Positions 56,846-64,000 of a stretch of DNA of 64,000 nt are shown one piece after another (the stretch's first letter is position 1; each line of letters begins with the position of its first letter). Both the position numbers and the translations under genes were made by a program. The notes beneath the pieces were generated by a model. The model made no database searches. It was not told where the DNA came from and was given only the letters and a program-made list of their open reading frames with translations. The stretch is from a virus (Duplodnaviria > Caudoviricetes), in IMG/VR virus record IMGVR_UViG_3300025401_000012, one strand, 5' to 3'.

Positions 56846-57508
56846 TTATAATGGTGGTTGATCAAATGATGGAACAACTTTTTTACCAGATGATGTTAGC
56901 GCTGGTGTAGTTGCGGGTGTTGTTCCTGACCCGCTATTAAAACCCGATCCAAAACCTCCTGGTGTCGTTGCGGATGTTGTTGTTGCAGGTGTGCTTCCAA
57001 AGCCGCCTGTAGATGTTGGTGTTGAACCAAAACCGCCGGTTGAGGAACCGAATCCTCCTGCCGCAGGTGCGCCAAATGCTGGAGCCCCGCCAAATGATGA
57101 GTTGTTTCCACCGCCGAATCCTCCTGTTGAACCTCCAAATCCTCCGCCCATACCGCCTTGACCACTACCAAAGCCGCCAGCTACATTGCCTGACATATTT
57201 TGATTGTTAGTAATTGTTTGGTTTGTAGAAGTTGGATTGGCTGCTGTACCTGCTAGTTTTTCTTGTGTACGACCAAATGCGCTAATACCTAATACCGCAC
57301 CCATAGCAATATGAAACAGACCAGCACCTTGAAGTGTCAGTGGATTCCATTGTGTAATAGGTACATGATTAATGCCTTGCCATAATGCCCATAGTACTGG
57401 GAATACTATCATGTCGGCCATACAGATTAACATGTACATCCAACCCATTGCTGGACGCCATAGTTTTTGCATCCATTCTGCTCCACCGCCGTCTTTTTCT
57501 TCTGCCAT
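56846..57508 (-). CDS. Holin-like membrane protein with FG-repeat tail
   Basis: WRPAMGW followed by two TM helices, as in GTA-type holins; next to spanins and endolysin. Confidence 0.7.
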   Translation of the reverse strand: MAEEKDGGGAEWMQKLWRPAMGWMYMLICMADMIVFPVLWALWQGINHVPITQWNPLTLQGAGLFHIAMGAVLGISAFGRTQEKLAGTAANPTSTNQTITNNQNMSGNVAGGFGSGQGGMGGGFGGSTGGFGGGNNSSFGGAPAFGAPAAGGFGSSTGGFGSTPTSTGGFGSTPATTTSATTPGGFGSGFNSGSGTTPATTPALTSSGKKVVPSFDQPPL

Positions 57509-57539
57509 AGTTCGCTCCTTTTGGCTGTTATATACGTAT

Positions 57540-57815
57540 TTATTTCACGCTGTTAAATATTTTTTGTTGAGTATTATACCAATCTAACCAGTTATCTACA
57601 CGGTCTTTGCAAAGATAATATTGACTGTAATTGACTGTAATAACATTCAACGCATCGCTTAGTTTTGTTGTAGAAGCATCTACTTGATTTAGATCTGGAC
57701 AAGCCGTTTTAAGATCTGGCGGAGTATCCGGCCATGACATAGTCATTTTAGGTCCAGTAACACTAGAACACCCGTTCAGAAATACAATTAATGAGGCGAC
57801 TAATATTTTTTTCAT
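57540..57815 (-). CDS. o-spanin lipoprotein (Rz1-like)
   Basis: Lipobox FLNG-C and Pro-rich WPDTPPDLKTACP. Confidence 0.75.
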   Translation of the reverse strand: MKKILVASLIVFLNGCSSVTGPKMTMSWPDTPPDLKTACPDLNQVDASTTKLSDALNVITVNYSQYYLCKDRVDNWLDWYNTQQKIFNSVK

Positions 57816-58270
57816 TTAGTCGCTCCTAGAGGATTCTTAGCCGCACCATTTAAAATAGTAATGGCCTCTGGATCAATTTTACAGTCTGCGTCGATGCGTT
57901 TTTCAACTTCTTTAATTTTTTCTTGGTATACTATTTGTGTGTCGTGTATAACTTTTGTATGAGTGACTATTTTTGTTTGTACAGCAGTATTAGCATCTGA
58001 ACTAGCTTGTTGTGCTACAGCAATTTTAGCTTGTTGTTCTTTAATTTGTGCTTGCAATATTTCGGTAACACCTGCACCACCGTACATAAACACACTTGCT
58101 ATAATTATAACAAAACTAACTGGTTTAATAAACAATGCATATGGTTTAAAATTAGGAAAATTTCCTAATATATTTGCAGTAAAGTAAACAGTTGCACCTG
58201 CACCCGCTATTGCTGGCCATAACCATGAAGGTAAATTTCCTAATATTTGCTCTAATAACCAACTAAACAT
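57812..58270 (-). CDS. i-spanin (Rz-like)
   Basis: N-terminal TM helices, coiled coil and periplasmic Cys; ATGA overlap with the o-spanin. Confidence 0.7.
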   Translation of the reverse strand: MFSWLLEQILGNLPSWLWPAIAGAGATVYFTANILGNFPNFKPYALFIKPVSFVIIIASVFMYGGAGVTEILQAQIKEQQAKIAVAQQASSDANTAVQTKIVTHTKVIHDTQIVYQEKIKEVEKRIDADCKIDPEAITILNGAAKNPLGATK

Positions 58271-58274
58271 TTTT

Positions 58275-58904
58275 TTAACCCATTAACACTGAATGTGCAT
58301 TACTTGTATGTTGCTGACGTTCGTTGAGACCCAATGTTCCGCCGTTAATCTTTTTAGTTAACCCAAGAACATCGCCTTTGTCTGCCAGGTCATTCAAATT
58401 GTTAGCTTCCCAAAACCAGCAAGCACTTTGTACACATCCTTCGAATGTTGTTAAAAATTCAGGAATATCTTCTAACGGTGTATCAATACTTTCAGCAAAT
58501 TTTTGATAATTGCTTTTGCCAGTAAGCTGAATTAATCCACGTCCGCAAAACTTCCAGCCGTCGCCTGATTCTTCTGGCCCATTTCCCATACGATTAGCAT
58601 ACGCACGGTTAGCAATTTGCTCAGGATGATGGCCATATTGATTAGCAATATCCATTGTTGGAAAATAGTGCGGCCAAACTTTCATCAATGTTTCTGGTTT
58701 GTAATTTAAATTTTCGATAATAGCTCTGTAGCCGGCACTTTCAACCATTGTTTGCCCCATGAAACATGCTACACGTTCTAAAGTATTAATATCGTAATCA
58801 GGCAAAATTTTGCATAATGCTTCATGCCAATGTTCGCTATATGGGTTATTTTGTAGAATCGCTGTACACTTTTCTAAACTAAAATCAAATGTAAAATCTG
58901 CCAT
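58275..58904 (-). CDS. GH19-family endolysin
   Basis: RVACFMGQTMVES, ENLNY, YANRMGNG, FCGRGLIQLTGKSNY, TKKINGG. Confidence 0.9.
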   Translation of the reverse strand: MADFTFDFSLEKCTAILQNNPYSEHWHEALCKILPDYDINTLERVACFMGQTMVESAGYRAIIENLNYKPETLMKVWPHYFPTMDIANQYGHHPEQIANRAYANRMGNGPEESGDGWKFCGRGLIQLTGKSNYQKFAESIDTPLEDIPEFLTTFEGCVQSACWFWEANNLNDLADKGDVLGLTKKINGGTLGLNERQQHTSNAHSVLMG

Positions 58905-59638
58905 TATTGTATCCTTTTAAGTGCAACAGCCCAGTTAGTATTTTCAAATATAAATGTATCGCTAATTTTAGTAATATTATAATTACCGATTACTTTAGTT
59001 AAAAACATAACTTCTGCCATATCCTTACCTTCTAGTACGATAGGACCTTTAATGCTGTCGTAAATTTCTTTTTTGTTACCACTATTTAATATTTTAAATG
59101 TTACAGTTCCGCTATATGGTCTGGTAAAACTAATACTTTCGTCAATGACACTTAATGTATCGGCATAACTATTTTTAAAAAAATTGCTAAAATTATTTAA
59201 ATTAGTTTCTTTAGTAGCTGCTTTATAACTATTTTTGTCTTTAGGAACAATTTCTTCTAATTTTTCTAATGTAGCAGGTTCGCTTTTAAAATTTTTAAAA
59301 TATCTAAAACGCATCTCTTCCAAGCCTGTGATTTTCATTACACCTTCGACTATTTCTGAAATTTGTTCAGCTACTCTTCTTGATCTTTCTAACTCTACAA
59401 ATACACGATACTTACCGTCATCCATTTCGCCAGGTGTACAATCTGCATCTAAAATAAAGTTATAACCCATTTCAAAGAAATTTTCAAGATCTTTAGCTGG
59501 ATCTTGATGATCAACAGTAAAACTCAATACTACAACATCTTCATCATTGCCAATTTTGCTTTTATAACTGTCGATATCAAAGACTTTTTTTACTAAATCT
59601 CTAAGATCATCTTTGCGTAATGCTTCAGTTAGGCTCAT
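58904..59638 (-). CDS. Hypothetical protein
   Basis: Coupled ORF. Confidence 0.6.
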   Translation of the reverse strand: MSLTEALRKDDLRDLVKKVFDIDSYKSKIGNDEDVVVLSFTVDHQDPAKDLENFFEMGYNFILDADCTPGEMDDGKYRVFVELERSRRVAEQISEIVEGVMKITGLEEMRFRYFKNFKSEPATLEKLEEIVPKDKNSYKAATKETNLNNFSNFFKNSYADTLSVIDESISFTRPYSGTVTFKILNSGNKKEIYDSIKGPIVLEGKDMAEVMFLTKVIGNYNITKISDTFIFENTNWAVALKRIQ

Positions 59639-59640
59639 GC

Positions 59641-60210
59641 TTATGCTCCTCCTGCTGGAGCTGCTGGAGCTGCTGGAGCTGCTGCTGGAGCTGCTGGCGC
59701 CGCCGGCGCTTGTGGTTGTGCTGGTCCTCCAGGAGGTGTAGCTGAGTCAGTTAGTGTAGCTGATTGATCTTTATAATCGTGCTTCATTTTTTCCATATAG
59801 CCTTTGTAGATATCAAAAGCTACTTTCTTTGGCATTGTAATTTCTACAATCCAAATAGGCTTGCGATCTAATTTTCCTTTTTTAGTATTAGGACGAATAT
59901 CCTCGGGAGTACGTATTTTACGTGGTTCTATTAAATGGCTTTTCTGGTAGGTAACTTTGCAACCTAATTCTGTTAGTCTTTTTCCAGCTATCGGGTTAGG
60001 CATTTTACTAGCTTCCCACATGAATCCTGCTGTAATCCAATGACGATCTACTTTAGGACCATACGCTAATTCGCCTTCTTCCCAATTTTCGTATACATAA
60101 ACATCGGTCTCTTCTAGAACTCTTTCAAAATCTTTTAAAACAGCGAGACTGCTGTTATTTTCATATAACTCTTCTATGTTTTTAATAACATCTAAAATAT
60201 CGTGGTACAT
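59641..60210 (-). CDS. Hypothetical protein with Pro/Ala-rich tail
   Basis: TAAATA at 60239; APAA repeats at the C-terminus. Confidence 0.6.
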   Translation of the reverse strand: MYHDILDVIKNIEELYENNSSLAVLKDFERVLEETDVYVYENWEEGELAYGPKVDRHWITAGFMWEASKMPNPIAGKRLTELGCKVTYQKSHLIEPRKIRTPEDIRPNTKKGKLDRKPIWIVEITMPKKVAFDIYKGYMEKMKHDYKDQSATLTDSATPPGGPAQPQAPAAPAAPAAAPAAPAAPAGGA

Positions 60211-60291
60211 AATTGTGGTTTCCAGAAGCTTCTGTACTTATTTAGCTGGTTTGAAATCATAACATATCACTTTATTATTCTATATATTCGT

Positions 60292-60365
60292 TAAATAATA
60301 GTGTAGGACCTCTGTAGTTATCATAGGCGGTCACTACAAGTCTTACTTTTTCATAAAAGTAGGAG
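60292..60365 (+). promoter_or_regulatory. Late-promoter motif and structured phoH leader with RBS-sequestering hairpin
   Basis: TAAATA at 60292; GTAGGACC/GGTCACTAC stem; TCTTACTTTT-tcat-AAAAGTAGGA stem covering AGGAG. Confidence 0.5.
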
Positions 60366-60373
60366 CAACTTTA

Positions 60374-61093
60374 ATGAGTAAACAACGAGTGAAAAAGCGT
60401 TTTACATCAGAAGTTAACATAATTGATTTCCAGCCGTATCTTCCGGCAAAAAAGCAACGTGTGAGTATTAATGCACGTAATGCTAATCAGAAACTCTACC
60501 TCTCAAAATTGTATGCGGAGCACACTAGCATAGTACTTGCTATTGGTCCTGCTGGCACGGGTAAAACCATGTTGGCTGTACAATACGGAATTAAATTGTT
60601 TCAGGAAGGTCTAGTTGAAAAAATCGTTGTGACAAGACCCGCCGTCTCAGTCGACGAAGATTTAGGATTTTTACCAGGTACATTAAACGAAAAAATGGCA
60701 CCATGGACTCGTCCTATATTTGACGTCTTATCCGAGTATTATCAAAAAAAGGATATTGAAAAAATGTTAGAGGAAGGTGTTATCGAAATAAGCCCATTAG
60801 CGTATATGCGTGGACGCACATTTAAGAACGCATACATTATAGCAGATGAAATGCAAAATGCCACAGTAAATCAAATGAAAATGCTACTGACCCGTTTAGG
60901 AGAAGGGTCTAAGATGGTAGTGACAGGAGACTTGGCACAAGCAGACCGATTGAGCGATAATGGTCTGATTGATTTTTGTAATCTGTTAGAATCAAAAGAA
61001 TATTTAGAGCACATCGATATCGTTCGATTCGATGCTCGTGACATCGAACGCCATAATGCCGTGAAGGAGGTGTTAGCGGTTTATGGAGAATAA
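60374..61093 (+). CDS. phoH: PhoH-family ATPase
   Basis: GPAGTGKT, TRPAV, LGFLPG, PLAYMRGRTF, IADEMQN, MLLTRLG, VTGD..QAD. Confidence 0.95.
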   Translation: MSKQRVKKRFTSEVNIIDFQPYLPAKKQRVSINARNANQKLYLSKLYAEHTSIVLAIGPAGTGKTMLAVQYGIKLFQEGLVEKIVVTRPAVSVDEDLGFLPGTLNEKMAPWTRPIFDVLSEYYQKKDIEKMLEEGVIEISPLAYMRGRTFKNAYIIADEMQNATVNQMKMLLTRLGEGSKMVVTGDLAQADRLSDNGLIDFCNLLESKEYLEHIDIVRFDARDIERHNAVKEVLAVYGE

Positions 61094-61118
61094 AGTAGCA
61101 ATACTTTAGATAGTCATT

Positions 61119-61145
61119 AAAAAAGGCCCTGCAGGGCCTTTTTTT
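61119..61145. terminator. Bidirectional intrinsic terminator
   Basis: Palindrome AAAAAAGGCCCTGCAGGGCCTTTTTTT between convergent phoH and clamp-loader genes. Confidence 0.9.
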
Positions 61146-62058
61146 ATAAGTTTCCTAATCTAATCAATGTTGCAGACAAATTAATTTCTGGATCAATAAC
61201 TAGTGTATGATCTACTAACCCTTGTTTGATGATTAAAATAGCTTTATTTTGATTTGCTTCGTCGCCAAAAATTTCAACATTGTCGTATAACCAGCGGTAT
61301 ATTTCGTCCATTTCTTCTGGACGAGCTTGACTGCATAGTAGTTTACGTGCATCACTGATCTTACCAGCTTTAAACAATTCAACCATTTTAAATTTATAAT
61401 CGGCTTCATTGGTATCACCTACTTGCGGAGCATTCAGAATACCTTCGCTGGAATTCATTTGTATAGTGTTGATACATTTTCTTAGATCTGGGTATGTTGC
61501 TTTGACAAAACTATCTAATGTATCGATTTCAAATTGAATATTTTCTGAAATAAGAATCTCGGCTGCTCTTGCAGTAAACTCAGTTTGATCAGTTTTAGCT
61601 ACATGAAATCCTTGACATCTACTATGGATAGCAGGAATAATTTTATTAGGATAGTTACAAGTTAGCACAAACCTTGCTGTAGTATGATATTCCTCCATAA
61701 CTCCGCGAAGTGCGCCTTGTGCATTAGGACTCAAATAATCTGCCTCATCTAACAAAACTACTTTGAAATCGCCAAACGGAATCATTTGTACAAAATTTAC
61801 AATTTTATCTCTAACATCATCTACACTATTTGTACGACTTGCGTTAATTTCTAATATATCTAAATCATTTACTTCTAGTTCATGAAACAGCACTTTAGCT
61901 AAAGTAGTTTTTCCGATGCCAGCACTACCGCTGAATAGTAAATGCGGAATTGATTTTTCTTTAATCCATGTTTGTACTTGTGCCCGTTGATGAGCATCGC
62001 GAAATACATAACCATCCACTGTCTTAGGACGATATTTTTCTACCCACAGTTCTTTCAT
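61144..62058 (-). CDS. Clamp loader small subunit (gp44/RFC-like)
   Basis: LWVEKYRPKT, GSAGIGKT, EINAS, LDEAD, SRC. Confidence 0.92.
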   Translation of the reverse strand: MKELWVEKYRPKTVDGYVFRDAHQRAQVQTWIKEKSIPHLLFSGSAGIGKTTLAKVLFHELEVNDLDILEINASRTNSVDDVRDKIVNFVQMIPFGDFKVVLLDEADYLSPNAQGALRGVMEEYHTTARFVLTCNYPNKIIPAIHSRCQGFHVAKTDQTEFTARAAEILISENIQFEIDTLDSFVKATYPDLRKCINTIQMNSSEGILNAPQVGDTNEADYKFKMVELFKAGKISDARKLLCSQARPEEMDEIYRWLYDNVEIFGDEANQNKAILIIKQGLVDHTLVIDPEINLSATLIRLGNL

Positions 62059-62078
62059 AGAATTCCTTAGTTTTCTTT

Positions 62079-62116
62079 ATTATACAGATAAAAACAGGAC
62101 TAGTCAATAGTCCTGT
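62079..62116 (-). promoter_or_regulatory. Sigma70 promoter TTGACT-N17-TATAAT with the -35 box in the loop of a terminator-like hairpin
   Basis: ACAGGACTA-ttgac-TAGTCCTGT-TTTT on the minus strand. Confidence 0.8.
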
Positions 62117-62137
62117 AATTGTTTGGTAAAATTAATT

Positions 62138-62575
62138 TTAAAATTGCGGCCCGGCAAATTGCGCAGGATCCCATTCTTGATGCTGTATTTTTGAATGTCC
62201 GCCATAGGTATTCATATATTTTTCATCTGGTTTGTCATCGCTAACCATCAAAATTGCTTTAATATCTGCTCGACGGATCGTAATTTCATTGCCATCATCT
62301 TCTACCACCGTGACACCACGAGTCCATCGGCCGTGCTCTAACAGAATCCATTCACCGACTTTAACATCTTTTTGTTTTGGACCAACAGCCCAAACTCGTG
62401 CCCACCGATGGCGAACTCCTTCGCTTTTACCATCATCACTTGGTAGTACAAACATACCAAGTTTTCGTTCGCCAAATTCCATATCAGTAACAAGAACGTT
62501 GTCGCGTATAGGGATAAGTTTTCCGTATACTTTAGGTTTAATACCCTCGTGTCCTATACCTTTTGATTCTGCCAT
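62138..62575 (-). CDS. GroES/Cpn10-like co-chaperonin
   Basis: LIPIRDNVLV...GMFVLP...VWAVGP...VKVGEWIL. Confidence 0.75.
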   Translation of the reverse strand: MAESKGIGHEGIKPKVYGKLIPIRDNVLVTDMEFGERKLGMFVLPSDDGKSEGVRHRWARVWAVGPKQKDVKVGEWILLEHGRWTRGVTVVEDDGNEITIRRADIKAILMVSDDKPDEKYMNTYGGHSKIQHQEWDPAQFAGPQF

Positions 62576-62853
62576 TACTCGTTTCCTTCCGGATCCATTG
62601 ATGCAATATCTTTTTTAACAGACACCGATACGGGTGCAGGCTGTGCAGCAGGAACATTATTTTGATTAGGAATCGGACTAATATTTTGTGAAACGATTTC
62701 CTCTCTACGTTGAATAATTTTACCACCTGGCCCTAGTTTATCACCACGAGCATTAACTTTAGCGTTACCTACAGCTGGGGTTAATTCATTTTGATTAACC
62801 ATTTTGCCCATGTCAATTACTTTGCCACGAGCTGTTTTGTAAGTTTGTCCCAT
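62575..62853 (-). CDS. Hypothetical protein
   Basis: AAGGAG RBS; TAATG coupling to the GroES-like gene. Confidence 0.55.
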   Translation of the reverse strand: MGQTYKTARGKVIDMGKMVNQNELTPAVGNAKVNARGDKLGPGGKIIQRREEIVSQNISPIPNQNNVPAAQPAPVSVSVKKDIASMDPEGNE

Positions 62854-62880
62854 TTAATTCTCCTTGAATTATACTACTAC

Positions 62881-63390
62881 TTATCTCAAAAATTCCTGCC
62901 AGTCTAAATTATATTTGACCGAATCTATTTGATGTACGCCTAACAAATATAGTACAAAGCTAGCTACGCTCGATCCACGACCGACTCCCCAAACAATACC
63001 ATTTTCATTGCAAGTATCTACAAAATGTTTAGTCCATTGCAATAATGGAATCATTCCGCGATCTTTATAAGCAGCCATTTCAGCTGTTACTCTGGCAATT
63101 TGTTCTTTGGTTGTACATTTTTTAATACACCAATCTTCTACATCAAAATCTCTGTATTCGTTAGGCATAAACCAATCGCTTTGCAATGCACTATCGAAAT
63201 CTGTGATGTCAATTGATTCTAATTGTTCGTTGAATCTTCGAAATGTAAAACCCGCAACTTGCTCCAACTCATTAATCTCTTCGGTATAATCTACCGTAAG
63301 ATCCTTGAGGTTGGTTAGCTTTCCTTGATACAGGAATTTAAATATATCTTGTGTATTAAAAATAGGATTACCGAATTTATCTAGGCGCAT
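62881..63390 (-). CDS. Stand-alone fragment homologous to DNA polymerase III alpha (DnaE)
   Basis: GIVWGVGRGSSVASFVLYLLGVHQIDSVKYNLDWQEFL parallels the DnaE GPGRGS...ERFL segment and stops before the catalytic DxD. Confidence 0.75.
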   Translation of the reverse strand: MRLDKFGNPIFNTQDIFKFLYQGKLTNLKDLTVDYTEEINELEQVAGFTFRRFNEQLESIDITDFDSALQSDWFMPNEYRDFDVEDWCIKKCTTKEQIARVTAEMAAYKDRGMIPLLQWTKHFVDTCNENGIVWGVGRGSSVASFVLYLLGVHQIDSVKYNLDWQEFLR

Positions 63391-63397
63391 AGCCTAT

Positions 63398-63427
63398 ATT
63401 TTAATTGACTTTAATTAATTTGTCAAT
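63398..63427 (-). promoter_or_regulatory. Sigma70 promoter TTGACA-N17-TAAAAT with inverted repeat, probably leaderless
   Basis: ATTGAC/GTCAAT inverted repeat; ATG 8 nt after the -10 box. Confidence 0.7.
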
Positions 63428-63631
63428 GTTTTTCTCACTCGATTTCATTAATTTTTCCAATGCCAATCTGCGACGGGTACTAAGTTCTTCTTTGTACGAC
63501 TCTAACAACATGCCAATTTGAGTTTTGACATCGGTATTATAAGTCATAAAATATTTGTTAGTGAGATCTGCAACCTTAGCTTCGATTTCACTATCTTTAA
63601 GTTCTGCAAAACTGCCGGCTAATGGATGCAT
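63401..63631 (-). CDS. Hypothetical protein
   Basis: TAATG-coupled. Confidence 0.5.
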   Translation of the reverse strand: MHPLAGSFAELKDSEIEAKVADLTNKYFMTYNTDVKTQIGMLLESYKEELSTRRRLALEKLMKSSEKNIDKLIKVN

Positions 63632-64000
63632 TATATACTACTCGAATAAGTTCCAGATACTTTTAAATATACGTGGCTACCTGCATCATAACTAAATGCA
63701 TCAATTACATACATATTATTAGTACCTGGATAAGGATACACAATTTGTACATTTGAACCAACACCACCCGATTGGGTAAACACACTGCCGGACCATGAAC
63801 TATCTACTACTAGTTTTCCTGAATTAGTAGTACTAAGTGTAGTTGTTGTTGTCGCAGCTTGTGTAAATTTAAGAATAAGTTTTATAGTACCAAACCCAGT
63901 TGTTGGCCAATTTGCAAAAGTTAGCGTAAGTCCAGATGTATTGATAGTTCCGTATTGAACTGACCCGTTATTTAAATCGATAGTAGTTGAAGTGCCGATA
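63631..64000 (-). CDS. 3' end of a S/T-rich virion-like protein, 5'-truncated (not in the ORF track)
   Basis: Open frame from 63999 (IGTSTTIDLNNGSVQ...YLKVSGTYSSSI*) to the stop at 63631. Confidence 0.65.
   Translation of the reverse strand, partial: IGTSTTIDLNNGSVQYGTINTSGLTLTFANWPTTGFGTIKLILKFTQAATTTTTLSTTNSGKLVVDSSWSGSVFTQSGGVGSNVQIVYPYPGTNNMYVIDAFSYDAGSHVYLKVSGTYSSSI

Noticed and set aside
224-63289. Many short antisense or alternate-frame ORFs in the track (e.g. 224-559, 6003-6260, 23051-23707, 42655-43155, 43678-44169)
   Set aside because: They lie entirely within well-supported genes, lack RBS or motifs, and look like shadows of biased codon usage.
1-64000. Stop-codon reassignment, as seen in some large phages
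   Set aside because: Conserved genes are full length under the standard code and are densely packed.
1-64000. tRNA, rRNA, integrase or transposase genes
   Set aside because: Intergenic gaps are short and no cloverleaf or recombinase motifs were recognised by eye; tRNAscan-SE would confirm.

Overview
This is an AT-rich 64-kb fragment of a large tailed dsDNA phage (T4-like/jumbo myovirus type), probably infecting a diderm Gram-negative host (holin, i/o-spanin pair, GH19 endolysin). It shows no tRNAs, CRISPR arrays or mobile elements. Plus strand 1-15.8 kb: Ser/Thr-rich tail and baseplate proteins, an S53 (sedolisin) protease and four GT-A glycosyltransferase paralogues. Minus strand 15.8-64 kb (phoH is the only clear plus-strand gene there): thyX, a MoxR ATPase with a vWA/metallopeptidase partner, RNase H-like nuclease, and a 15-kb 7-deazaguanine DNA-modification region (queE, folE, dpdL-like, dpdA) interleaved with a GT-B glycosyltransferase, PRTase, two NAD(P) oxidoreductases, 2OG-Fe oxygenases, a halogenase-like gene and UDP-glucose dehydrogenase. 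Further along are the sliding clamp, PolB, a 10-kb cassette of proteins with T4-like capsid-targeting N-termini and xxE maturation sites, ClpA/PDF/DnaJ, lysis genes, phoH, clamp loader, a GroES-like protein and a DnaE fragment. The two best candidates for an undescribed system are (1) a capsid-packaged nucleotidyltransferase + RNA-ligase-like + HxGH transferase set and (2) a possibly sugar-decorated deazaguanine DNA modification. All calls come from motif reading by eye; no searches were run.
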